This document shows, piece by piece, positions 10,631 through 21,495 of a stretch of 64,000 nucleotides of DNA. Source of the DNA: Giardia intestinalis (taxonomy: Eukaryota); NCBI GenBank assembly GCA_000002435.2, contig CM018793.1; one strand, 5' to 3'. A program made the position numbers and the translations under genes. The notes beneath the pieces are model-generated. The model saw only the letters and a list, made by a program, of their open reading frames with translations, did no database searches and was not told where the DNA came from. Positions within the stretch are counted from its first letter, which is position 1; every line of letters starts with the position of its first letter.

Positions 10631-12265
10631 CTATAGTTGACTACAGATGCACTTGCTATCATCCAGCGCGGCACCGCAAAGGGGACAAGGCACCTCTCCT
10701 GACTGCGCTCGCCATTCTAGTTTCTTTGACAGCCCGCAGACAGCCTCTGGAGACGGTACTAATTCACGAAGAAGTGGCATAAGGTACTGTTTTTCCTCAG
10801 AAAGAGGGACAAGACTTAGCATTTTGGATGAGTTAGTATTAGTTAGAAGAGGGTCTGCATAGCATTTGAGCACATGCTCAGGAATAGAAAGGAAAGGTCG
10901 AAACAATGAAACATGCCCTAGCTGCCGCTTTGGCTTATAAAGCTGAGTAGCATCAGATAGATATCGCTTGTATGCGATTGTAGGGTCCACTTGAAGATTA
11001 GGAAACTCAAGAAACTCTTCTGCGGAAGCAATACCAGGGCTCAGATCACCTAGAACAGCAGAGTGCATGATTGTGCTAGCCACAGAGTTTGAGTCACGAA
11101 TATCGAACACCAGTGGGATATTTTCTGCTTGAGCATGATGTAGGGCTGAGTGGAGAATAGAAAAGTAACCAGCACCTTCATCGTTGTGTTGTCTAAGACT
11201 GTAAGGTAGCATCACATCATCCAATGCACTGACGGAAGAGCCTAAGTAGTCACGCATGTAATTCCGAAAGGCAGTGAAACAGAGATTTGAGAAGGATAGT
11301 ACGAGGAATCTGCCACCCGGAAAGAACACAGGACACCGCGCAAGGGTTTTGGTGAGTGCTCGTTTAAGCTCCTCTCGAAGACAGACTACGCATCCCTTTG
11401 AGCCTTTGAATATAATGCCTTCAGCAGAGCTTCCGCAGCGAGGGCAGCAACCAACTGATCCGCTCTGTACTGAAGATTGGGGGGCTACAGATACATCAAT
11501 GCCCCACCGTCTTTTGAAGAGTTCACCTATCTCCTTATAATGAGCGTCAACCTGCTTATTAACCCAGGGGCTCCTCTTATAGATTAGGACTGCCTGGGCA
11601 AGGAAGAAGGTCAGGATATTGTCAAGATTGCGCGTGACCAACCCTTGCTGGTTCAGCTCTGAAAGTAAGTAGTAAAGCGCCTCTGCACTGGAAAGACAGC
11701 CGCTATTCTTCTGCTTGTGCTGTCTCCAAAAGATTGTTGTGTAGGGCTCCAACTCCACAAGTTGAACGCTGGGTGTGCACTTCTGTGCATCAGACGCAGT
11801 GGTTATGTTAGAAGAAGGGGAGTACAGTCCCAGTTGACGCAAGCACTTGTTAACCTGGTTCCATGTGCAGTCTAAAATGTAGATTCGACGAATCGCGCTC
11901 CACTGTACCTCAGAGACTTTCTTTGCACCTCTCCCAGTCATAAGGAGAACTGATCCATTCTCCAGAGTGTCTCTGAGATCTTCTTCAGCCTCCCCGGAAA
12001 AGTACCTTACCGTTACATTTTCTGAAGAAGTCACCACACCGTGAACCGATGACTTGGAGTTCTTCTCCCCACGGTAGCAAAGGAAGCTCACTGGTATCGG
12101 AGGCCTTGCAGGGCTAAAGCTGGGGGCATTGGTTAAAAGGTGACAAAAGTAGCAGTACCACTGCTGCATTGAGCCACATTTTGGACACTTTGCACGTGTT
12201 CTAATAGACAGCAACGTTGAAGGACTCACTTCGGGCACAATTGTCTCTAAAATCGTTGACATCAT
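10631..12265 (-). CDS. DTW-domain protein (tRNA-uridine aminocarboxypropyltransferase-like) with long Cys-rich C-terminal extension
   Basis: N-terminal CPKCG..C..C cysteine cluster followed by the ILDCTWNQV (DTW) motif. The C-terminal half carries further CxxC pairs (CCPRCG, CVVC). Confidence 0.6.
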   Translation of the reverse strand: MMSTILETIVPEVSPSTLLSIRTRAKCPKCGSMQQWYCYFCHLLTNAPSFSPARPPIPVSFLCYRGEKNSKSSVHGVVTSSENVTVRYFSGEAEEDLRDTLENGSVLLMTGRGAKKVSEVQWSAIRRIYILDCTWNQVNKCLRQLGLYSPSSNITTASDAQKCTPSVQLVELEPYTTIFWRQHKQKNSGCLSSAEALYYLLSELNQQGLVTRNLDNILTFFLAQAVLIYKRSPWVNKQVDAHYKEIGELFKRRWGIDVSVAPQSSVQSGSVGCCPRCGSSAEGIIFKGSKGCVVCLREELKRALTKTLARCPVFFPGGRFLVLSFSNLCFTAFRNYMRDYLGSSVSALDDVMLPYSLRQHNDEGAGYFSILHSALHHAQAENIPLVFDIRDSNSVASTIMHSAVLGDLSPGIASAEEFLEFPNLQVDPTIAYKRYLSDATQLYKPKRQLGHVSLFRPFLSIPEHVLKCYADPLLTNTNSSKMLSLVPLSEEKQYLMPLLRELVPSPEAVCGLSKKLEWRAQSGEVPCPLCGAALDDSKCICSQL

Positions 12266-12316
12266 GCTCTTCGTCTGAAAATAAAAACAGGCTCCCTAGT
12301 ATTCTTAGCCCGCGGA

Positions 12317-14164
12317 ATGAATCTGGAGGAGCTGCTGAAACCCTTTAAAGATGCGTCAGCAGCGTGGGAAATAGATATAGCACAAATTCTAGACGAATAC
12401 ATTGAGGAATCAGACCTCCACAGCGAATTTATAGACTTCCGTAGTATAGCTACATTGCTTAAGGGAAGCACAAATGTCTTTGCACGGAAAGTGGATTATA
12501 TCCACGACTTTGCTACAAGAATGTTTTCAAACTGCAGCGCACACATCCAGATAAGACCCAAGGGAGCGCGTCGGGCCCAGCCAAGCAGAGACGGGCTTTC
12601 CGCACAGATCGTTGACTGCTCTGAGCTACCAGATTTACAGTCGTATGTTACTAGTCTTTGTGGACCAATCCCGCCCCAGATTGCCGAAGATTTTCTGTCA
12701 CGAAAGCTATTCGTTTCAGACGTATGTACAGACATAGCAAACATTGATTACAAAATTATTCCCAAGCAGCCTGCTACTGTTCTACTCGCAGGGGAGACTG
12801 ATAATGCAGTGCCAACGGCCACACCATTTTACCGAGCCCATAGGGACATGTTGACGGGAGCTCTTTTGCTTGAAACATGGAACGCTGGAGCCCTTATTTG
12901 TGCACTGGGGAGTTCACTCAAGGATTGTTCTAACAGTCAGATGGATGTGCACTTAACTGAAAACCTTTCTGAACCAAATCAACCAGAACGTTCATCTGTA
13001 GCTCTAGTGGATAGATTTGTGGACCCTGTTCCTGTCTGCATGGTTACTCCTATTGCCCTTTCCTCGGTGAACATGGGTGGGTTGAGCACACCACATAACA
13101 GTAGGGTCGACCTCCTGCACGGAGCAACAGGTATAGACATTCCCGAAGATAGGCATGACGCTCACACTGTCGTAGATGAGGACTTATCAAGAGTACCAAT
13201 GGTAGATGCGATAACACATGACAGTTCAACCGAATCTACTCTGAATCAAGCTCCAGTTGGTTTAGAACACGCTAGAAATGACCATAATAATTCAGGACCT
13301 AAAGTACCAGCTACTTCTACCCATACACTTACAAATCAACGCAAGTTATTTGATCTGTCTATCAACTCAACATATCGAGACTTGATAGACAAACTTACAG
13401 TAGCAATTACAAAAGACACCAACACACATAAGCATCACGCAAAATCGCGACGCACTTATCTTAATCCACGCGCCCTTCAAGTAGCAAGAGATGCTCGGCT
13501 CAAAGAGATTGAGGCGCACCCAGACGGATTTCGGCAATGTGTAATCAAGGAGAGTCTACTCGGGGTCTGTAGCAACATTATTTCTTTAGGTGACAGCACC
13601 ACCACCAACACTAAGCGGCAATCTGGACAGCAAGTGAAGAGAACAGCAGCACCAAACCAACCGTCACCCGATGCAATACTCGTTACAAATATTGATCCTA
13701 ATAATCCCAACGAGCCCGATGATCTAGCTTCTGGAGCCATCAGCGATGGAACTTATGATCCACCTGTATCTATTGGACAGGCACACGACACCTCAGAGTC
13801 CACTTTAGTAAGAAGAGACGGCACAGCCGAACGTACCAGTTTTGAATCTGTCATCCAAAAAAAGATCTTAGAAATCCAAAGAGAGGCGGCTATTTATAGT
13901 ACTTCTAAACCTATTTTAAAATGGAGTACGTACGTTGAGAATGTACTTTCTGATGAAGAAAGCCGACCACTGTTCAATATAGAATTGCTTTTGGAGAAGT
14001 ACAGGTGCGAACTTACAACATCTAGGACACAGCTATCAACCTTATGCAAATCAACACACAGTAGGTATGACATAGTGCGATCGTTTGCTGCTATTCTCCA
14101 TATTGCTAGTGAAAAGGAATGCGTGCTATCCAGTACAGAAGACGGCGACGTTATTATAAATTAG
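12317..14164 (+). CDS. kleisin, condensin-II CAP-H2 (NCAPH2)-like
   Basis: N-terminus LEELLKPFKDASAAWEIDIAQILDEYIEE..FIDFRSIATLLKGSTNVFARKVDYIHDFATRMF parallels CAP-H2 [54 protein letters not shown]. The C-terminal YDIVRSFAAILHIASEKECVL resembles the kleisin winged-helix EVCRSMLASLQLANDYTVEI. Confidence 0.6.
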   Translation: MNLEELLKPFKDASAAWEIDIAQILDEYIEESDLHSEFIDFRSIATLLKGSTNVFARKVDYIHDFATRMFSNCSAHIQIRPKGARRAQPSRDGLSAQIVDCSELPDLQSYVTSLCGPIPPQIAEDFLSRKLFVSDVCTDIANIDYKIIPKQPATVLLAGETDNAVPTATPFYRAHRDMLTGALLLETWNAGALICALGSSLKDCSNSQMDVHLTENLSEPNQPERSSVALVDRFVDPVPVCMVTPIALSSVNMGGLSTPHNSRVDLLHGATGIDIPEDRHDAHTVVDEDLSRVPMVDAITHDSSTESTLNQAPVGLEHARNDHNNSGPKVPATSTHTLTNQRKLFDLSINSTYRDLIDKLTVAITKDTNTHKHHAKSRRTYLNPRALQVARDARLKEIEAHPDGFRQCVIKESLLGVCSNIISLGDSTTTNTKRQSGQQVKRTAAPNQPSPDAILVTNIDPNNPNEPDDLASGAISDGTYDPPVSIGQAHDTSESTLVRRDGTAERTSFESVIQKKILEIQREAAIYSTSKPILKWSTYVENVLSDEESRPLFNIELLLEKYRCELTTSRTQLSTLCKSTHSRYDIVRSFAAILHIASEKECVLSSTEDGDVIIN

Positions 14165-17100
14165 GTCCTTTCTGTGCGCGTGCGTGTGCAAGTAGGAGTC
14201 TATCATCTCCCGGTATTACCTCTGAAAACTTATGCTGGAGCCTGCAAGTCCATATTTCTACTTTCTCACACACCTTATCTTTGCTATTGGTATCGCTTAT
14301 GATTGAATGTTCGGTCTTAAACAGCATCGTGCCAGTCATATTTTGCGAGGCTAGCAACAGCTCGTCTTGAAAGGTAGAGTATATGTTTTGGGGCGCCCAG
14401 AGCAGCCTTGCGTGGGGATTATATCCATTTAGTGTCACCTGCATGTTAGGAGAGCGCTTACTAGTGGCGAGAAACAAGCTAGCATATTCATGAGAAACAC
14501 GCAGAGCGCTAATAACTGCCTCAGGATCTTCTCTATCAATAGTGAGGACCTGTCCGATCCCAGTGTATCCTTCAGTTTCAGTTTTATAATATAATATTGT
14601 GTTAGGACGCTTTTCACATACATCACATCTCAGAATACCATTTATATTTATGGGATTGCCTCGCACGGTCAGCAGAGACAGGCTCAGATCCTCCAAGAAT
14701 GAGCATATACACCCGTTGACATCTGCAAGAGACAGTATGTATGTGTATTCGTGACGCTCCTGGTAATGAAATAGGGCGTAGAGAAAGTCGCGCAGTTGAG
14801 CCATTAACATTTTTATATTCTGCCACCCTTGTTCTCTGGGCATCGGCATAATGAGGTCTGCCATCGGAAGGTTGTGCACTACAAGAAGAACTCTTACTGG
14901 ACGAACGGAGGCTATGCGTGAGTAGAGGACTCTAGAGAAAGCATACTTTAACCGAATGGTCCTTGCATCTACACAGGGTTCACTACTCGCATGTGGGCCG
15001 ATATATGATTGCCGAGTTTGCTGTGCTCCTGGTCCAAAGCAAAATCTTTTTCTCAGGCTGGTAGGAGACAACGAAAAGATACCGCTGTCTAACAGTTTTG
15101 AGGGATCGGCTTTTTTTGGTAGTATATCTTCTATCGTAGTAAGTCCCCGCTGTACTGGATTTACAAAAAGCTGATTTGTCGACACACAACTACGCTCGTT
15201 AATGGTGAACAATCCAATCATTCGCAAAACATCTGATTTTCCTTGGAAGTCAATAGATCTTGCGCGAGATGATTCAGACAAAAATGCTACGTGTTCATCA
15301 GCTGGAGTTGAGACCTTTTCGTGTATGTACGCGTCATGCTTGTATATGTTCAACGCACAACTTTCTCCTCGAAGGCACTCTGGAAGATCAATCTGGAGAA
15401 AGTCAATAACTTCTTTAAAATTAATTGTGGCAACACAGATTTTAGTACCATACTCAATTATCCGTACAAGCGGTTGCTCTACAATCTTCGTGTACAGATC
15501 ATGCGAAATCTCTTCCAAGGTACACTTTGGAGACACCATTACTTTTATCGACGGAAAAAGATCTGAGCAGGGTGTTACCTCAAGAGTATAGTGTGTGGAC
15601 GGATACTTATTAACATATTCTAAATATAGAGGAATCTGTTGAACTACCGCGCGTGACAGAGGCATCATGAACAGACCTGCTAACTTGAGAGCATGCATTC
15701 CTACGGGGGGACATGTTTCCAGCTCAAGTGGTTCTAAGCTCAGTTCTACCCTGTCGTTAACTTCATAGATAAACTCTTTAAAGGAAGGTGCTCGGTCTAT
15801 GCATGATCCAGATGCTTCTGATACCGGATTGCTCGGGTCTAGACCCAAATAGAGCATTCCAGAGGCTACTGGCTCTGTCTGTCGTTCTATGGGAGAGAGC
15901 TGGTGGTCCTGTGATCTTTTATAATAGAGACGAAAGTCAAGTTCGGCCATCAGTTTTTCATTAGAAGAATCTGGTGAGCTCTGATGGCACGCTTCGAGAA
16001 CATATCTTATAAAAGTACGCTTCGCCAACGATGCAACATTTGTCTTTGTAGCCTGGTCAGTTATAAGCTCTCCTAAAAGTGTGCATCCACTAGCTAGAAC
16101 AGAACATGAAGGAAGAGAAAGGTCCGGTGACACTGTTGCTATGAGTCTGCGAATCAGAACAATGTCCTCCTTTGTTAGGTATAATATTAAGAAGAAGAGC
16201 TGCGAATTATAACTTGCTTTTTGCGTTGTGAAGTACCACAGCGTCTGTTCTCCGTGACAACTAGAAGAACTAGTTTTCTGCTCTATATCTACTATAGGCC
16301 ACGTAATATTACAAGAATAATTAAGAGGCTTTTGAATGCAAAGGATCTTATTATTTTTAACAAAGAGGGGGTAAATTGAGACTGCAGACCAATCCGGTGC
16401 GCATCCCCGATTGCGAAGAAACTCCAACCCAGCGAAACAAGGAAGTTCATAGGTAGTGGGTGTGATAGTGATAATACCGTCAGGAGAGACACCAGTTAGC
16501 CTTTGTGATAGGACTGAGACTCTCCTCGTATGTTGTTTGGTCGACAACGTAGTTAGCTGCTTCAAAGTGGACCTGTGCTTCTGTACTTGCTGCCAATAAA
16601 TCTTCTCAATCGGATACTTATTTGATCTACATATGTGCTGGAATGCAGAGACCCTCATATAGAACAGCATATATATTGTCTCTTTCTTCTGGTTGTCAAT
16701 TGACAGTACTCTTGTTATATCAACTAACGATATATGAGAGTCACTAATTCTATAGCAGCGTACATCGGAAAGGGATAAGTTACATGAGGGACCAACCAGA
16801 GTCTCATCTGTCAACAAATCTGACTCCATGTCTGAGGCACGTGCGACAGACAGTGGCTGATCCGAAGGAACATATAGATAGGGAAGCACATATGCAAGAT
16901 AATGTCCGTGGCCGCTTGTTCCCTGATGAGTTATGACTGAGACTAATATGTACTTGCTATCCGCGTCACTTAGAAACTCCGTAGCGCCTTGGACCTTTGA
17001 TAAATCCAGGCGCTCAGATAGCCTAATTGGTGACATATCTTTTTCAACAGCTGCTTTCTTTGGATTGTAGATTGATCTCTGAAGCGAAATGATAAGAACA

Positions 17101-18095
17101 TCCGGCAACCTCTTGATTGTATAAGTGACTGCTGTCTGAGAAACATTGTTATGCATCAGATTTTCCTTTTCAAAAAGCGTGCGGAGGCTATCATCCAGCT
17201 TTCCGGTTAATGGCGCTGGAACATTTATAAAAAGGTCATGCTGGGGCACTATATCTTTTGAAGTGGAGTCTGTGGAAACACCCGGCTTCTTTCCCCTTTC
17301 TATGAGCTTATAGCCCTCTATCAAGAAGAGCTTGTGAATATCTGATTCTATCGGAGTGTTCCGCAACTGATCAAACATAAACAAGATGAATTCCTGAGCG
17401 TCTCCTTGAGCATTTATATCAGGCAACAGTGTACTGAGAAAAGAGATAAACTTCTGTGTATCAAGGGCTTGAAAAGTAGTACTTATACTGGGAATGATAG
17501 CTTCACTACAGAGCGCAGTCTTCAGGGCAAGCGCGTTGACCAGCATTTCAGTAAATAGAGTTTGCAACTCCGTCAGAAAGTTTTGTGCTCCTTCACGTGA
17601 TGTAATAACTAAATACCGGAATTTAGGAAGTGAGAACAACGCCTGTAAGGTAACGTTAATATAGCACGTCATCCCTTGGTTGGTGAGCCCCGGCATATAC
17701 ATGGAGGGAGAGAGAAGCTGCGACGCTTCAGACGAAGATATCGGATCTGGGCTATAGTGAATGTCTACCACAAAAGACACGTCGTTGTTTAGAAGGTCGG
17801 AGGAACATATTTCATAAAAGGTGCTACTCAGGAGCAAACCATTGTATAGAAACTCGTGCGTCTGCTTTACACTGCCGGAAGACTGTGTAGAAGGGGGTAT
17901 CTGTATATCAAGCTTACAAGAAAGCTGCTTGACCCATATGCAAGGTCCAAAGGTGCGAAGCAAGAGCCTCTTCTCTTCCCAGCAAATGTGGCAATAAACA
18001 CCTCTAACTATGAAAGAGGGGGAATAGAGGGTAGTACCACAGCCACAGCAATGCCATAGCACGTGAGTATCTGCAAGTTGTTCTATGTCATTCAT
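14154..18095 (-). CDS. ubiquitin carboxyl-terminal hydrolase (USP / peptidase C19 family) with large C-terminal extension
   Basis: Cys box GLTNQGMTCYINVTLQALF and His box GHGHYLAYV. The ORF-track start (18203) is a TTG. The first ATG is at 18095 (MNDIEQL..). The 3' end overlaps the convergent kleisin gene by ~11 bp. Confidence 0.85.
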   Translation of the reverse strand: MNDIEQLADTHVLWHCCGCGTTLYSPSFIVRGVYCHICWEEKRLLLRTFGPCIWVKQLSCKLDIQIPPSTQSSGSVKQTHEFLYNGLLLSSTFYEICSSDLLNNDVSFVVDIHYSPDPISSSEASQLLSPSMYMPGLTNQGMTCYINVTLQALFSLPKFRYLVITSREGAQNFLTELQTLFTEMLVNALALKTALCSEAIIPSISTTFQALDTQKFISFLSTLLPDINAQGDAQEFILFMFDQLRNTPIESDIHKLFLIEGYKLIERGKKPGVSTDSTSKDIVPQHDLFINVPAPLTGKLDDSLRTLFEKENLMHNNVSQTAVTYTIKRLPDVLIISLQRSIYNPKKAAVEKDMSPIRLSERLDLSKVQGATEFLSDADSKYILVSVITHQGTSGHGHYLAYVLPYLYVPSDQPLSVARASDMESDLLTDETLVGPSCNLSLSDVRCYRISDSHISLVDITRVLSIDNQKKETIYMLFYMRVSAFQHICRSNKYPIEKIYWQQVQKHRSTLKQLTTLSTKQHTRRVSVLSQRLTGVSPDGIITITPTTYELPCFAGLEFLRNRGCAPDWSAVSIYPLFVKNNKILCIQKPLNYSCNITWPIVDIEQKTSSSSCHGEQTLWYFTTQKASYNSQLFFLILYLTKEDIVLIRRLIATVSPDLSLPSCSVLASGCTLLGELITDQATKTNVASLAKRTFIRYVLEACHQSSPDSSNEKLMAELDFRLYYKRSQDHQLSPIERQTEPVASGMLYLGLDPSNPVSEASGSCIDRAPSFKEFIYEVNDRVELSLEPLELETCPPVGMHALKLAGLFMMPLSRAVVQQIPLYLEYVNKYPSTHYTLEVTPCSDLFPSIKVMVSPKCTLEEISHDLYTKIVEQPLVRIIEYGTKICVATINFKEVIDFLQIDLPECLRGESCALNIYKHDAYIHEKVSTPADEHVAFLSESSRARSIDFQGKSDVLRMIGLFTINERSCVSTNQLFVNPVQRGLTTIEDILPKKADPSKLLDSGIFSLSPTSLRKRFCFGPGAQQTRQSYIGPHASSEPCVDARTIRLKYAFSRVLYSRIASVRPVRVLLVVHNLPMADLIMPMPREQGWQNIKMLMAQLRDFLYALFHYQERHEYTYILSLADVNGCICSFLEDLSLSLLTVRGNPININGILRCDVCEKRPNTILYYKTETEGYTGIGQVLTIDREDPEAVISALRVSHEYASLFLATSKRSPNMQVTLNGYNPHARLLWAPQNIYSTFQDELLLASQNMTGTMLFKTEHSIISDTNSKDKVCEKVEIWTCRLQHKFSEVIPGDDRLLLAHARAQKGPNL

Positions 18096-18253
18096 GAAAG
18101 TGGGCAAACAAGAAATGGACAAGGCCTTGGTTCGCTTCTTGAAATGCCGAAGTCTCCAGAATAAAAATATGAAGGACTTTAATTTACAGTACAGGCAGCC
18201 CAATTGGTCAAATTCCTTCCTCCTAAAAATATACAGAGCGACGCCAATCCATG

Positions 18254-21200
18254 CTATTTATTCTTTAAACGAATAAAAGAAAGAAGCTCAACGTTTAATA
18301 CTTGCTGCCTCTTAAACCGAGGAAAGTCTTCTCCAGAAAATAAGAAGTCATTTCCATATGTCTCCGACTGACCTGTCTGAGCATAATACATGTCTCCATA
18401 AAGAACTACAGCGCTTCCACCCCCAGCACCAAAGGTCAGCATTTCCTCTTGTCTAACTTGGAATATGGTGTTTTTTCCAGTCGTATGATAGACCTTTGTT
18501 GCTTGACTCGAGTCTTCTACAGAGCCTCGCGTCTCGTGGGAAAACACAAAGTTATCAGAGGTCCCGTTAGGGATTCCAATCATGCCTACAGGCTGTGTCA
18601 TGAAGACACCGCATACCTGCATATTAGTAGTCTGGATAAGGAGAAGGGATGCAGTGTCATAAACCAATCTCTGCGTGGAGCTGGGAGAACCGACGTGAAT
18701 ATCTCCTCGAGCACACTTGTTCATTGCTGCATAGAGATGTGAGAGGTGCCTTCCGTCGAAGTTCATACTATATATGACTGCCACTTTGTACTTGCTGATT
18801 GAGGTACCCATCGAATGGTACTCAGGAGGTAAGTGCACCAGAAGTTCTTTTATCAAAGGCGTTGTTAAGAGCTTAGACCTACGATCCAGTTGGAAGACTC
18901 CATCGCCTGTCTTGGTTGTTGAATTGGTTATATTACAGGTCATGCCATGTGAGGTCAGATTAGAACAGGCACTTGCTGCGGCCAGCTGGCGAATACAAAG
19001 AGACTTAGATGTTGTATCCACATCTCGTTCTGGATCAAAGTAAAGCATTGCGAGGGAAAAGCCTCCCACGACACGGGTATTAACAGCCGAGTCATTGTCG
19101 CTATCGTCAATACGAGAACTACTGCTCTCCACAACGAGGTTACCATCTGATACGTACTCCAGGGAGCCTCGGCGCATACGCTCAATCTCCAAGCTCTTTC
19201 GGATATCGCTGTTCGTTATTTGAAGGCAGATAGCGTCCATGCATTCTTTTATTACGTCTGCAAGACCCCTTTCAAGGGTCTGGCGCTCTATTGAGAGGAT
19301 CCCGTGGGCACCTCGATTTGTTGGTATGATTGGTGCCCCCTTTCTTGTCTTGTGTGTGTTATAAACTGTCTGCATGATACTGGATCCCACCACAATACTG
19401 TCGTGCTTCAGCATATCGTTAAGCGATTCTATCCCCTGCTGAAGACTCTCAATATTTTCACGCGAAAAGGACTTGCGCATATGTTTCGATGGTCTTACTT
19501 GAAGCAGCGACATTACTGGAAGATCAATGGCCAGGTCGGAGTCACTGAGATCCTTGTTCTTATGGCGCTGCTTTGCTATACTGTCTTCAGGCGTTTTCCA
19601 TAACTTTGAGTCTATCGATTTGAAAAACTGTTTCTCTCTGGTCTTAGACGATGCACAGAATTGCTTTAAACTGATATATACCGAATCTGAGGTACCAGGC
19701 CACAGAGGTTTGGAGGAGCTACTGTACTTCTTATCATATATGTTTCGCTTAGCCTCCTTTTCTGTCTTGCTGGTCATATAGGAAAGAATACTATTGCTAT
19801 CTGCTTGGATAATAGCCTTTTCTCTTGCTGTCATGGTAACGAGCTTCTTGCTTCTAAATTTACGACACCTGCGGCGGAGAATCTCCGAATCGACATCAAG
19901 GCATGGTTCGTAGACATACATTGTAAAGTCTTCTGTTCCGGACGAACTTAAATAATTTGTTGGCCCCCTTACGTTGTCCTGGTTGCTGTCCTCTGTGATG
20001 GTGTCCGAAGACTGTGATTCCTGCACAGATGAGACATGACTTGATCCTTCTGTTGGAAAGTGTTTTCCCGAGAAAGAAGCCTGTTTACCGTGCTTAGTCC
20101 CAAAGCCTTGACTTATGGGGTCAAGATTGGGTTGCGAGAGAAATCCTATGTTGAACCTATCTGGCTCTGCCTTCACCATAGATGTCTCCACGGGACTTTG
20201 AAACTTGACTGTTCTAGGTCCTATACTGGCACTGCGTGCGGATACAAAGGAGGGGATGTGGCTCATTGAAGATGCACCGTGTGTCATCTCGGTCTCTGCA
20301 TGCGATACCTCGTGCTCTCCTGTGTACTCGAGACTGGTGGAGATGGCAATTTGAGATGCAGACCTTATTATAGGCAGGGACGGATCTCGCCTATTTGTTA
20401 CAATAGAAAAGTTACTTCCTAAATCGTGATTGCTTTCGCCTTTATTGTGACCACCATCTTTGGAAGTATGTTGGGTTTCAGTATTTTGAGAGGGAACCAC
20501 CTCCGTGGCGTTTGGAAAATAGGCTGTCAACGAAGTTTTTCGGGGCTCCCACGTTGAAATCTTTTTACCAACCTGTAGGGTATGTGAACTAAGTAAAGTT
20601 TTATTAAGTTGGTTCATTAGGGCATCTATCTTGCGAGGCAGACCAAAAAAGATTAACACTGATTCGTCATATAATCGAATTTTCAGGTATCTGTGTACAC
20701 CGCTTCGAGCTGTCACCAGTTGTGAAAACCGATCAATCAAGATTGGCGAGCTAAGAAAACTGTTGGACTTAACCTTGCAGTTGTCTGAAAGTAGGTAGCT
20801 AGATCGGTAGCTGATTATTTTACGTAGAAAGGAGAGATTGAGCACTCTGTACTTGGTTTTCTTGGAGCGGCAGGGGTTGATAGCCCCAAAGCAGTGATAG
20901 AAGTTTAGCGGGCAAGACTCGTCTTTAACCCGGCCTTTATGAGCCTTAAACTCAGCATTAATCGCTGAAAGAGTCGTATCATCAGGGGCTACACCTAAGG
21001 CTCGCAGAATGATAAGCTCGTCATGCTGAAATCTGGGTTCTTCTAAGCATGAATGAACGGTTACACAATCTATGCAGTAGAGGTTTAAGAGGGATGTATG
21101 GCTAGAGTTAGAGCAGAAGTTGGTTGAATAGCTGTAAGATTGGGTTTCCATGGCCAAAAAGGCGAGGGAGTTGCCCCCAATAGTGGCCTTGCCTGGGATC

Positions 21201-21307
21201 AGTCGTCCAGTGGGAAGCACCAGGAACACATATGTTGAGAAATCATCAATACGTGGTGGCACAATCCATCCGCACGCTGGTTGCTTCGAGGTTGACGGTG
21301 TACACAT
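18254..21307 (-). CDS. TLDc-domain protein (OXR1/NCOA7/TBC1D24-type C-terminal domain)
   Basis: The C-terminal ~170 aa (..VAVIYSMNFDGRHLSHLY..MLTFGAGGGSAVVLYGDMYYAQTGQSETYGNDFL..VELLSF) fits the TLDc pattern. The ORF-track start at 21418 is GTG. The first ATG is at 21307, preceded by atcaaaaaATG. Confidence 0.65.
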   Translation of the reverse strand: MCTPSTSKQPACGWIVPPRIDDFSTYVFLVLPTGRLIPGKATIGGNSLAFLAMETQSYSYSTNFCSNSSHTSLLNLYCIDCVTVHSCLEEPRFQHDELIILRALGVAPDDTTLSAINAEFKAHKGRVKDESCPLNFYHCFGAINPCRSKKTKYRVLNLSFLRKIISYRSSYLLSDNCKVKSNSFLSSPILIDRFSQLVTARSGVHRYLKIRLYDESVLIFFGLPRKIDALMNQLNKTLLSSHTLQVGKKISTWEPRKTSLTAYFPNATEVVPSQNTETQHTSKDGGHNKGESNHDLGSNFSIVTNRRDPSLPIIRSASQIAISTSLEYTGEHEVSHAETEMTHGASSMSHIPSFVSARSASIGPRTVKFQSPVETSMVKAEPDRFNIGFLSQPNLDPISQGFGTKHGKQASFSGKHFPTEGSSHVSSVQESQSSDTITEDSNQDNVRGPTNYLSSSGTEDFTMYVYEPCLDVDSEILRRRCRKFRSKKLVTMTAREKAIIQADSNSILSYMTSKTEKEAKRNIYDKKYSSSSKPLWPGTSDSVYISLKQFCASSKTREKQFFKSIDSKLWKTPEDSIAKQRHKNKDLSDSDLAIDLPVMSLLQVRPSKHMRKSFSRENIESLQQGIESLNDMLKHDSIVVGSSIMQTVYNTHKTRKGAPIIPTNRGAHGILSIERQTLERGLADVIKECMDAICLQITNSDIRKSLEIERMRRGSLEYVSDGNLVVESSSSRIDDSDNDSAVNTRVVGGFSLAMLYFDPERDVDTTSKSLCIRQLAAASACSNLTSHGMTCNITNSTTKTGDGVFQLDRRSKLLTTPLIKELLVHLPPEYHSMGTSISKYKVAVIYSMNFDGRHLSHLYAAMNKCARGDIHVGSPSSTQRLVYDTASLLLIQTTNMQVCGVFMTQPVGMIGIPNGTSDNFVFSHETRGSVEDSSQATKVYHTTGKNTIFQVRQEEMLTFGAGGGSAVVLYGDMYYAQTGQSETYGNDFLFSGEDFPRFKRQQVLNVELLSFIRLKNK

Positions 21308-21495
21308 TTTTTGATGTTCAAAGCTATTATTGAAGTCGCAATCCAAACTTCCCTCTGATGAGCACCTGAGATGGATGAGTTTAAACCTTGCAAGCACGAT
21401 AGCTATATACAGAATCACAGATTTACATGAAAGATCTTAACTTCTGGTGGCACATTCTGGTAGAAAGGAGGTACACATGATAGAGATGAATTAAA

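Noticed and set aside
14154-21418. ORF-track N-terminal extensions starting MGCLYCKLKS.. (USP, 18203), MILYIAIVLARF.. (TLDc, 21418), MAIVARP.. (Dim1, 51342), MICSMEADLQ (HAD, 49439) and MIRRRLELRT.. (prefoldin-like, 59186)
   Set aside because: The first codons of these ORFs are TTG/GTG/CAC-complement rather than ATG when read from the sequence. Starts were moved to the first ATG (18095, 21307, 51363, 49451, 59048). The 59186 extension would also run through the tRNA gene.
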